Positions 24,401 through 35,995 of a stretch of 60,959 nucleotides of DNA are shown here, one piece after another. The translations under genes and the position numbers were made by a program. Positions within the stretch are counted from its first letter, which is position 1; each line of letters begins with the position of its first letter. The notes beneath the pieces are model-generated. The model was not told the DNA's origin. It saw nothing but the letters and a program-made list of their open reading frames with translations, and did not search any database. Origin of the DNA: Stylophora pistillata (taxonomy: Eukaryota); contig NW_019217869.1 of NCBI RefSeq assembly GCF_002571385.2, positions 581,661-642,619 on the forward strand, in the 5' to 3' direction.

Positions 24401-27400
24401 AATAACCATGATCTCACGAGACTTTAAAGCTAATTGTGTCTGCCTACAGCCGGTTGAGTATTCATAAAAGAAGTCATGATTACAAAATCGATGTCTGTGG
24501 TCAATTTTGTTTTCCAGAATCTCCAGGGATGTCAATCCAGGAATCGAAAATTTTAGAGATCTGAATCAACTTTGGTATCTTTTGGGAGCAATTGGGCCAG
24601 TAGGGGGTAAGATCAAAGACGGACCCTTATTTCACAAATGTGTAAGGTTAAGTTGGAGACGGGTAGCAAGCACTTCATCGAGCAAAGTACGATAGGTCTA
24701 TCCACGAAACAAAAAGACGTGTGTATATATGGCTACGACAAAGTCATACAATGATGCTTGCTATGCATAGCTACCTCATTCATTTATTTGCGGTTTCCTT
24801 GTACCTTGCCCCGTGAAATTGTTCAAAGTTGTCCGAAACTGAGAACTCGTAGCCGTTGAGTATTCACTATTTTGCCACATTATATAATCTTCTCTCTTTC
24901 ATTCAGTTGGTGAAATTAGGCAACATGGTCTCTCTGATAATGATCGCCAGTCTACAGGCTCCAGGGTCGATGTCACAGATGCGTCCGGAACGGCCGCGGG
25001 AGGGGGAAGCGGAATAAATAAAAACATTCTTGTCCACGGTAAAGTAGACACTGAATATGTATCCGAAAGTTAAGAAAAGATAGTTTACACCGACTTGCCT
25101 TATTGCTTTGAAACTGATAAGCTTCTCGTGCCTGGTTTGTTCGATGAAAATTGTCTCATTGGCTTTTAGCAGAAAATGTATTTTTGTGTGACGTTTTGTA
25201 ACTATGATATGACGGGTTCTAAATTAAGGTAATACTTTACAGCATGTTAGCAATGGAAAATTATGTTTAAAAAGGACTTGCTTCCATCGTAATGATCAAA
25301 GCAGGCAAAGAACCGTTAAGGTGGAAAATACTTCAGTATCATCGAGGACAAGATCAAATTGGAGTATGTGCATGAAAACTTTCTGCTGCTATTTACCAAT
25401 TTTACTTAGAAGTAGACTTTCAATGTCATTTTCCCCACCACAGGCGCCCTAATGACACTTGCTTGGCTTCTGTTTGCTTTTGTGGGTTTGTTCACTGCGC
25501 GGTACATGCGCCAGGCCTGGGAACCAAGAGAATTGTTAGGAAAGAAGGCCTGGTTTACGGTTGGTATACAATGCTTTTACGAAAAGACGAATTTTAATTT
25601 TTATAGAAATCAAACGCTAAGCAACCTTTGAAGATCACTCAGCCTCTCCTCTCTCTTCACTATATTAAAGTCACCTAGGGAATCAGAATTATGAAATGGT
25701 GATTGATTGACGGCTACAATTTTGTGTTTACCTTCATAAAACTTAAAACCGACTGCCGGTTGATTTAAACCTTACTGAGACCCTTTCACATTCTAATCCT
25801 CTATTCATTTGATGAATGATGGGTTTGAAGCGCCAGTAACTTTGCAATGAAGCTGTGACAAGCCTTGCCGGTTCACCGGCATCGGAAGAACTCATCATTT
25901 GGACAACTATTCAGATCGTTGAAAAAAAATTCATTTTTTTTTCATGGAAAAGACTTATCAAGACCGAAAGGATAAGGTGGTTCTTTCTGTCATTGTTACA
26001 GAAGAATGTTTACGATATACTTTATAACTGATTGTCTTTTTTTGGAAAGAAATTTCTATCGATTTCATTTTCTCCCCTAACAGGTTCATCGAATACTGAT
26101 GACGACAACAGTCCTGTTTACAATTGCCGGAATAATTGTCATCTTTGTTCACATGATGGCTTGGTCTTCGGTAAGATATCAACTGATAATCAATTGAAAT
26201 ATTAACGTTTTAAATCTACATAGAGAAGCTTAATTTTTGAAAGGTGTGCAAAAACATCTCATTATTTCTTTTTGGCTTAATTTTAAAAAACAACCTATTT
26301 AAAAGTGGGAAAAAAAAGAACTTCATTGCCACCATGAAAAGATGAGCTACATAAACCATCTGTTCTTAGCACCTTAGCGAGCCTACGATCAAATAGAACT
26401 TCGAATCAGGTGCACCTTGGCATGTCACATTTTTGGTCCATCCATTTATGTATTTAGTTTTGATTTGATTTTTATGTTTGATTAGTTCTTTTCCTGTTTC
26501 AATAGACCGCCGGCGCACATCCATACCTTGGTATCATTGTCCTCGCCTTCGCAATTGCACAACCAACTATGGCAGCATTCAGACCACATCCTGGCGAGCC
26601 CAGGTACATCTACTCAACTCAAGTACCGCTGTACTCTCCTTCAACAATTACACAATAGAAACTGAATCCGAGGAAACTCATTTCCAAATTCTTCAACCGT
26701 TTTAACCTGGGAGGCTTTTTTCAGTTTTTGACAAGAAAAATTTAATTTTGCTCACGATAATTTTTGGTTAAAAATAGTTCTGCCACTGTAAGCCAGGTAG
26801 ACAGTTTTATTTTTCGTTTTGCAAGAAAATGAGCTCAGGATTGATCATTTTTAAGTTGGCTTGGTAGCTTTTTTTCTTAGCCAAGCGAACGAAAATCGTA
26901 ACTGTTATTGCGAGTATCAGATAATCATACTAAGTATTTGAAAAGTTTGATATGTTAGACTTTCTCGAAAAGTTGGGGTCTAACATCCACCGATGAAGAT
27001 AAAACATAACGTTCAATTTCTTACATATGTTTTTTACAGGCGCAACATATTTAACTGGTCACATAGATGTGTTGGTTTCATTGCACTGATTCTTGGAGGT
27101 AATTTCCAGCTGCACTGCTGTATATCAGTAAATGATTTAACCAGTTCTTTAAAATCTTAATTCTTTTGAGGAATTCAGTAACAAGCGACGAAGAAGCTGA
27201 GCTTTGTTTTTATCACAGAAAAGAAAATCGATAGACAATTTTTTTTAAAAAAGGAATTGAAAATTATTAATCCGAAATAAATAGCATCGTTTTCTCGACT
27301 GGGACATTCAATTGTTAATTTTCCCTTTTCAGGGGTCACCATTTATTTTGGATTATGCTTGGTCGACTTGGGAAAGCCGAAAGGACGCTCTGCAGTGATT

Positions 27401-28485
27401 TGCTTCTATGTTGGGGTGTTTCTCGTTTTCATGTTTGAGCTGTATCTTATACTCTCCAAAAGCAGTCGTGCCATGAAGTCTGGGCCAATAAACGACAGAG
27501 GTAAGAATTGCTCCTTTTCTCTCCCTCTGCGGTGTAGTGGTGTTAATGATGGGGCATCATATACACAAAGATAAGCAGAACTGAGAAGTGGAGAAAATGT
27601 AAGAAAAAAGTTACAAATGCCATTTGTTCTAAATTCATTCACTACGATTACAGGGAAAAAAGTCGCGGTTCCGTTTACGGATCGGACTCCCTCATCTTCC
27701 ATACCGCAGTTCCATGCATATCCTACCCTTGGGTCATGGAGAGACTGATGAAGGGCTGTAAGCCATGTACCACGTTCTTATGAAAAACACTTGTTTAGCT
27801 GGCATACCTCTAGACCATGAGCCAGCAATGTCAGAAGCGTCCCAAGTGTCCTTAAAAATGTTAGCCTCGGTCGTTAAAATTTAATTCAGATATATAACGG
27901 CTTCCTACTGTACTTGCAAGCAAGTAAATTAATCATCAATTTCTCTTTATTTTCAAACTACCAGAGAAACTAACTCGTTAAACATATTTTAAACTCATTA
28001 CATACAGATTATCCCATGGATCAACCTGGACAAGCCAATCGAGCCCCACTGGAGCCTGAAATGCCAACAAAGGTACTTGTACATCTGAACATCTTTATAA
28101 TCCCTAAAGTTCCATACATGTGATCACAAAAATTACATGTACTCCTGCCTGACTGCTGAAGATTATAAACTCGTGGCACGTAATGTTTTGTCCAAAGACC
28201 ACACCGTGCTTTCTGTAGAGGTTTAGGGTATGAAAATCTACAGTCCAAAACCAGTAAGCCTACGAGTTTTCCAAACGTCATTTCCTCTTGAAAAGGTATC
28301 ATTTTCTATCGATAGACGTAATATCTATTTGTAACTCTTGAAATTCTAGTACAAATTGATCTTTGTTAATGTTCATTCTAATGTATATACAGGAAAAAAT
28401 GATTCATACCATGATGTTCACTTTTGTTGTACTTTTTGGAATAAGCGTGGCACTAACCATAATCTTGCTCATGGTGCTGAAATAG
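21414..28485 (+). CDS. FRRS1: Ferric-chelate reductase 1-like (signal peptide, DOMON, cytochrome b561, C-terminal TM); multi-exon, partial
   Basis: Phase-consistent GT-AG exons: 21414-21443, 22381-22440 (signal peptide), [missing exons, probably in the gap], 23841-23933, 24108-24169, 24518-24606, 24907-25038, 25444-25559, 26084-26170, 26506-26603, 27040-27098, 27333-27500, 28008-28072, 28393-28485. Spliced motifs: VHGALMTLAW, KKAWFTVHRILM, GAHPYLG, QPTMAAFRPHPGEPRRNIFNWSHR (all four b561 His ligands) and DOMON CRISR...DLNQLWYLLGAIG...QH. The two N-terminal exons are less certain than the rest. Confidence 0.88.
22841..22992. mobile_element. 152-bp MITE, P-element-superfamily-like
   Basis: 19-bp TIRs catagttagtaaaggggac/gtcccctctactagctatg (17/19 match) and a 7-bp TSD ttaacat (22834-22840/22993-22999). 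Confidence 0.75.
23015..23138. other. Assembly gap inside the FRRS1-like gene
   Basis: Run of N. Confidence 1.
23265..23784. mobile_element. Non-autonomous DNA element with GAG...CTC ends (Sola-like?) and subterminal repeats
   Basis: Ends gagagtcac/gagaccctc. Six same-orientation GTTGACGG-like motifs sit three near each end. The TSD is not clean. Confidence 0.45.
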
Positions 28486-30410
28486 TCTGCATCACAGCTG
28501 CGGTAAGTTTTATTTCAATGTTAAATAGCTATAACTTCAGTGTGTAGTAAGTGGGTGATACAGGGCAAGATAATTAGACCATTCATAGATTGTGGAAAAG
28601 TTATTTTTTTTTTTTTGCTTTAACCGGAACTTAGTACACCTTGGATTCTTGTTTTGTGGTTACGCGCTGGAAAATTTAATTAAACTTTCATGATTATCAA
28701 GTAGTTAAATGCAATGACATAATGCACTTCACGATTGACACGACTTGGAACTCTGAGGCAGGTCAACAGAGAGAAAGTGTAATAAAAAAAAAAACTTTAC
28801 ACAAAAATTTTAATATCATTCGCAGGTGATATCGATTTTGTTTGCAGTTTACAGATCTGAAGACATATTTTTGTGAGATATGTTTACTGGCGAATTATTA
28901 TTGGCGACTTTGCTATACTGAAATAAAGACGAAATTCTGTTAAAAAATTTATATAAAAATTATGTCCACGATTGGACTTTGTATTAGATTTTGATCGAAA
29001 GGTAGTCAGTCTGTCTGAGTTTAGTTGCCTGCGTAAATAATATCACAACAAATGTCTCTAAGCCTTGACGAATCCATGTCATTCATGATTAAAGATAAAA
29101 CAGTGCAGGGCAAACTCCAATTTGAATAAAACAAGAGTTTGGCATCTGTTTAAACAGGCAATCACTTACGGCGACTTCGAATGAGTTAACGCTGCATCAA
29201 TTAGTTATCTTATCTTTTTCTTTTTCAACAGACTCTGAAACAGTTCCATTTCGTGGACCTCGAAGAAAACGAAAACCAGTTTCCTTATTTGAAGGAAGTT
29301 AAGATGCGAATATTTACATATTATTGTAGAAATCCATTAAATTGGTTTTCAAACAAATTGTGAGATAGTTTTTTTTTATTTTTCTTTACCGCTGGAAAAG
29401 AACTGTGGAGGATTTAGTTTTATAATTATATTATGATAAACGTGTAAATTTTCAGTACCATTTTAAAGATTCACAGTTATATTTGCACTGCTGCTTTTCA
29501 CGCCTGACAATAACAGGTACATAGACCACAACCAAATAATGTTCTGTTTAAGGTTTTGCACTCGGGAAGTTTTTCATTGGCTATTGATTGACAACAGGTA
29601 TGACATACGGTCTCCTACAGCAAACTGATATTGACGGTGATACATTGCAAAGGAAGTTTGCAGTAAAATTGAGCAAAGCAAAACTTCCCCCTGAATTGAG
29701 ACTCTTTTTAAAATAAGTTTGATGTTTTACATCCTACAACAGTTTTAATATAGACAGAACATCACTTGAAAACATCTTGTTAACACGCGCGCTCACCTTT
29801 TCGAAAGAAAAGAAATCGCTCTCAACACAAGCTAAGAGATCGCTTTTGATAAGTAGTGAAAGCAGGTGTATCCACACAATTGTTCTTACATTGCCACTTC
29901 TTGTTCCTAATTTTTGGGCTTTTTTATTGTCAAGACTTGCTCTTTCGTATAGAGATGAAATTGGAGTTTTACAGTTTCGTTTTCTGTTAGATAAACATAG
30001 TGTGACAACAACAGTATTTAGTGGTTTCCCACGAGTTAACTCCATAGTTAAACTTTACGGCACCATGCATATTCAGATATATTCTGCTAAAAATTATCAG
30101 CCCCCAAAGAGTCAAGAAGAGTTAAATATTACTCGACTTGAGAGTTCGTAAATATGAGTAAACTGAACGGGGCGGCACGTTCTGTCAGGTTACTCTTGTT
30201 TAATGAAAGAGCTTTCAATGAATGGCATGTCCCTTTAGATGTCATAAGATTTGTTAAAGTTGTTTTGTTTACTGATGATAAATCGAATCTGCATTTATTT
30301 CCATTTAAAAGAAGATGCAAATATACGCGCCCCAGTTGAACAATTTACCGGTGTACAATCTAGTTATTGAAAGAAAATTAAGCGACGAACTGTTCTGGTC
30401 TAAAAACGGC

Positions 30411-32346
30411 ATGTTGAACGAAACTACAAATAATGGTAAGTAAAACTTCGAATGAAATTAAGATATTTAAGTAAGAAATCCATACCTTTTTTTTTATCAT
30501 TTTTTACGAACAACCCTAAATACAAAATACAGTGGGGTAGGGAATGATACCATAGACTCAAAGATGTCATAGCGCGTTAAAATTTTGAAATTTATTTTGT
30601 TTTCAATCTTAGTTAATCTCACTGTCTAAAACGAATGAGTGGATGATGAAAAACATAGAGCTTTTTTCTTCTCGCATAGCTACTTTATAGAATATCTAAC
30701 TAAAAACGCATGGCAGCTCAATGAGAAAAACAAAATTTTAACCTAATGAAACTCAGCGATGATGGTACAGATTAACATTTTTCTCGACAGTCTTGTTGAG
30801 CACTTATCGTTTCCGACTTTCAAGTTTAAGTCTGAATTAAAGCTGTTAGAAACTGTTTTGATCGGAAATTACCTTGGTCGGATCCTTTGAGAACAGAGAA
30901 GACAATTAGTTACTACGTAAAAAATGGAAAGCCTGTCAAGGCATAATCATGGCTGTGAGAACAAACGTTGGGAAAAAATCAGTTATTCCTCCATATTTAC
31001 CGCACGCACACGTATCATAATCCCCGCAAGAAGGAATCGCTTTGAATTTTGCTCACTTCATCTATATTTTTAGCAGACATTGTATTCAAGATATTCGATT
31101 ATCTTTTATCACTTAATGATGTGTTAATATCTAACACAGGTTTTCGTAACTGAGTTAATTCCATTCAGTTCATTTAACTCTTTCTATACGCTCTGCAGGG
31201 AGTCAAAATGCTTCCTTGGATTCCTCTTGGTATGGATATGACGTTGATGAAGTTCTACAGATAAGTCTCACGGTCGTGTATTCTGTCACATTAATTACAG
31301 CTCTACTTGGTAACATCGCGCTAATCCGCATAATTCGGTTGCGACGTCCTCTGACTAGCGTATCGATTCTTTTATCCAATATGGCAGTTTCGGATCTTCT
31401 CACCGCCTTATTTGCAATGCCCTATACCATCTGTTACTTATATGTGCAACAGGAATGGTTCCCAGGCATCTTTGGCGTTATAACTTGCAAATTTATTAAT
31501 TTTGTCTTCGGCACTACAATTGCTGTATCCATATTTGCACTGTTGACGATTTCCGTGGAAAGATACATGGCAGTTGTGAGGCCCGTGTTGTATCCTTCGT
31601 TCATAAAAAGGCCTCTTTTGTTATCCTCTGTCATATGGGTGTCATCTGCCCTGTTCATGAGTGTTTATCTTTACATTAACGACACATACACTATAGATGG
31701 AGTTACTCTATGTATCTCAGACTGGGAACCGATATTCAGCAACGAGTACAGTCCGAAAATCTTTTTTTCCTCTGTGGCCGCTCTTCTTTACGTCGTGCCA
31801 TTGTTGATCATTGCTTTATTCTCGTGCTTGATTATTAAAAAGCTCAACAAGACAAAGAAAGCTCTCAGCAGCGATCAGCCAGCAGAACACCTGTCTGACA
31901 CTTTCACAAAGCGCCACCAGCGCGTCATGCGAATGTTAATCGTTATCGTAGTGCTGTTTACCGTGTGTTGGCTTCCGGTTCACGTTGTGCACGTCTTGGT
32001 ATACTTCTATGGAGAGATATACATGTCGCTACCGCCATCTCTCCCACTGATCTTATTTTGGGTCTCGCATCTCAATAGCGCCCTTAATCCATGCGTAGTC
32101 ATTCTGTTAAACGATTCGTTTAGAAAAATTTTCAGGGTTATTGTTCAGAGCTTGTGCAGTGGGAAAATCCCAGACTTCAATCATGTACCCTCTTCCCAAA
32201 TTGGCAAAACCTGCAAGGGTGGGTGCTTACCACTCAAAAGAAAAAGACCAAGGACGTACTTGTTTGTTCAGTGGAGCAAGAGGGATAACGCGACACCAGT
32301 TACCGTTGTTGATGTCAGACATGAAGAGAACATTGCCAGTTATTGA
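30411..32346 (+). CDS. Class A GPCR, neuropeptide-receptor-like (GPCR-3); exons 30411-30435 and 31199-32346, ~390 aa
   Basis: Micro-exon ATG TTG AAC GAA ACT ACA AAT AAT G|gtaagt splices in phase 1 to ctgcag|GG, giving MLNETTNNGSQNASLDS. Motifs: GN, MAVSD, CK, ERY, CWLP, SHLNSALNP. Confidence 0.9.
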
Positions 32347-32810
32347 TGTAAAGGACGATGGAAATACGATTCGTCACCTAGTAGTTAATACAGTTTCCAG
32401 TGAATCTGTTAAGGGAAACATGTGAATCATAGCAACACAATTTTCTATTGATTTTCAACTACAGTAGCAAAAAATTACCATAAAGAACAACAACAAATAA
32501 ATAAACAATGTAAAAATAACAAAACGAAACAAACAATGTTAGACCTTCTCAGAGTTACATAATCTAGAAGAATAACTTTACCCCTCCATAATTTTTCCAA
32601 TTTACCTTACGTTTTCCTCGAGATAAAAGATGAGACGATCAAAAATAAATCCGAATGATAACATAGTTTGATATTACAGCCCTAAACTTAACTTTTATCT
32701 AGATTTTTATATAATCTAAAACGTTCATGTAATAAATAAATGCTTAGGTGTAAGGCTTTTCTACGATTTTAGCTGTGCAGCAATGAACCTTATCGGCGAT
32801 GAACAATCTG

Positions 32811-33275
32811 CACACGAGCCTGTATTTAGCGACACCGCCTTTTTTATTTAAGCGGTCATCCTGTATTGAGCGGTCAGTTGTCAAAGTCCCAAGTTTTTTT
32901 CCCCCTTCTTTTAATACTGTTATAGTTCACCTCTATTGAGTGTTCAACTATATGAAGCCGTCCTGTCACCCTTTACGGCATCTTTGTATGGTCTTCCACG
33001 TGCATTGAACGGTCACTTAAAACGCAACCACTTAAATAATACTAAAAATGATCTTATAAGTAAAATGTGATTTATGCTTATCTCCCGAAACCATTGTTTG
33101 TAGTATATTGGTGCAAGATTTTGTACATTAAGTGGTTAATTACGGGATAAAATGGCATTTTTTTAATCGTTTTTTATAATGAACCTATTCTGCCGAACAT
33201 ATGTTAAGTTGTCAACTTGTATTATGCAGTCACCCCACCATCCCAGTGGGTGACCGCATAAAACAGGTTCGACAG
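32811..33275. mobile_element. Degenerate Tc1/mariner-like MITE
   Basis: The right end ggtgaccgcataaaacaggttcgacag+TA loosely matches the left end cgagcctgtatttagcgacacc. Internal tatt(a/g)agcggtca repeats are present. Confidence 0.45.
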
Positions 33276-33649
33276 TATTTACAGTTTATAATCGGCTTGT
33301 TTGTATGTACATTTTCAATCTCCTACTTAGCAACACTTTTATAATAGTGATCATAGTCTTGTTTGTTGTGTAGGGACTCCGATTTGAAACAGTTTTTATT
33401 TTTTATCTACATTCAAGGTCCCTCACACACTCACAACTTTGTAACCACTTGCCATTAACAATAGTTAAGCGCATCAGAATACGTCACTTCAAAATACAGA
33501 AAAGTCTACAAATTAGTATACTTACAAGTAACTTCTGTTAATTAGAAGCAAGTCTGTCCATGTAATATTTGAATGAAACAAAAAGCGAATTAAAATTAGA
33601 TATGCTTCAACCTTACCCTCATTCTGGTGAATTCGGGTAATGCACATGC

Positions 33650-35995
33650 TCAAACTACAGTATCACTCTCATGATACCTGTCCTCCATTGTACTTCCTTG
33701 TTTACTTCCAAGAAGTGTAATGCGAGAGGCGGTGGCACTTCCGCTTATGGCCTCTGCTCTTGTGAAAGACAAGCGATCACTTCCGTTAGAAAGACGTCCA
33801 CTGAGCCTGTGATAAATCTGATGCTTGAATCCTTCGCGAAAAATCTCGTTGAATATGAAATAAAGGCACGGGTTGATAGCAGTGTTGGCATGCGTCAAAA
33901 AGAAAAAAGTTAGAATTAACGAAGTCGGTAAACAACTGAAGGCTCCAAAGTTGAACGTCAACAGGAAGTGATTGACGTGCGCTGGAAGCCAACATAGGGC
34001 GAAAAGTATTACTATGGTGACTAACATAGAAATCACTTTGCGTTTCTGTCTCTCGATTCGTTTTTGGTTTTTGTCGATGTGCTCGCCAGGTGCCTTTCTT
34101 CTCCACATATGCAGCACAATCTTTGAATACAGTACGGCCATGGCGAGAAGTGGAATGAGGTAGAACAGGACAAACCGGGCAATCATCTCATACAGTGATA
34201 TTTTATGAGAGGCGAGAAGATCGTCCACCCATCTAGGACCGCAGATTACTTGACCTGACTCATTGTAAAGCTTGTACTTGTAAAGTTCACTTGAAAACAC
34301 TAGGCTCGAAATGAGCCAAGTCAAGGTAATTGCCACGATTGTCAGTTTAAAAGACAGAGGCCTCTTCATCAGGTGCACAATTGCTAGATAGCGGTCAAAG
34401 GTCATAACTGTCAACGTCAGGACAGATGAACCGATGGAAATGAAGGCAAGGAATGGCAAAAATTTGCAGAGGAAAATACCAAAATTCCCTGGAAACCACT
34501 TTGCGCTTTCATACAAGTACACCAGGGACAATGGGATGGCAGTAATGACGTCTAGAATGTCGGCGGTAGCCATGTTGACTATTAGCATATTGAAGGTCGT
34601 TCGGCATTTTGGGTGACGGTGGATAACAAAAATGATCATTGAATTGCCTACCAAAGCCACAAGGAACACAATGAAATAGGCGATGGTCAAACCAACTTGA
34701 GTTGAGAATGTGGTGGGTTTCGGTACACAGTATAACACTGAATCACCAGACCCGTTGACTCTAGTTTCTAAAAGGATAACAAATGAACCAATTAGGGGGC
34801 GTTAACGGACAACTATTTTCGGTTGCGTCTGTGGTGAACGATTTGTACCGGGACAATGAAAAAAAGGTTAGGCTGTTTTGACGTCAGTTGTTCTACTAAA
34901 GAATAACATGGCTAGTCACATCGTGGTACTTAAGTCGAAAGTCGTCAGCGGTCACAACACTCTCTGAAACGTATATAGCGGAAGTTAACCTCTTCACTGG
35001 GTAGAGCCAGTGGCTGAAGCATTTCGCTAGAAAGGGGGATTAAGAAATTACAAAACTTAAGTTTCTTTGAGTTCGTGAAAAGTTGCTTTCAAGATTAATA
35101 CAAAGAAACCGCATTTCAACAAAAAGCAATTAATAAAAAAATACTTTTAACATCATGTTTTTTCAAAGGGTCCTTATCTGAAGCTTTAAGTTAGTGTCTC
35201 GGTTTCTTTATTAACAAAAGAGACTTCCTGAGATCGATCATCACAGGCGACAGCTTAAATGAGATCCTATGTTGTTCATTTTGTTGTTCGCACTCAGCTG
35301 CGTAGCTTTGTCTTGATGCAAGTTTCTCTTTGTTAAGTTCCTTAGTGGTAATTCGAAATAGTAATCTTCTCCGAACACACTATCTTTGAAAAAAGTTCTC
35401 CTTAGAGAAAACTAAGAGGAGGGATCCCCATATGATATGCCTTTATCAAAGGAGGAACTCTACATTTTCAAACGAAAGTAGCTGTGAAGATGTCTCTTAG
35501 CACGAATCATTGGGACTGTTACATTTCCATCAAACACATGCTAGCAGAAATCTCAAGCGAGACTTAAAAATTTTACTAGAGCTTGTGATGACCCCCTAAA
35601 TATCAAATTCGATGCTTCAAACATCTCCTATGATTTTGCCTGGAATCAGACAAGTACTACATTTCATGCTCAATCCATCTCAAGATTATTTTCTTTCTTT
35701 TAGTAGCTCGGCGATGTAATACCCAGTTAGAGCAAAAATTAATGAATTGTTTTGCTTCGTGGTTTCAAAATAAGTTTTTCGGACTGCCGCCAACATACAC
35801 CAAAAAATGAAAAACTCCTGGGAACCATCGGAAATTTATATTTGCAAATGAAATCTTTATCAGCTGTGTTGATGAAAGATAAGGAATATATCCACTTAAG
35901 CTGGTCTCTGGACGGGAAGGAGACAACCGCACAGATATACCCGAACAGAAAAATCAAGAATGATGGAAGTACTTACCAGTGTAGTTGGTCGACAT
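33650..35995 (-). CDS. Class A GPCR, neuropeptide-receptor-like (GPCR-4); exons 35995-35977 and 34767-33650, ~378 aa
   Basis: Micro-exon ATG TCG ACC AAC TAC ACT G|gtaagt splices in phase 1 to ttttag|AA, giving MSTNYTETRVNGSGDS. Motifs: GNS, MATAD, CK, DRY, CWLP, HANTAINPCLY. Confidence 0.92.

Noticed and set aside
27744-27770. CTGATGAAGGGCTGTAAGCC hammerhead-like half
   Set aside because: No following GAAA or cleavage triplet.
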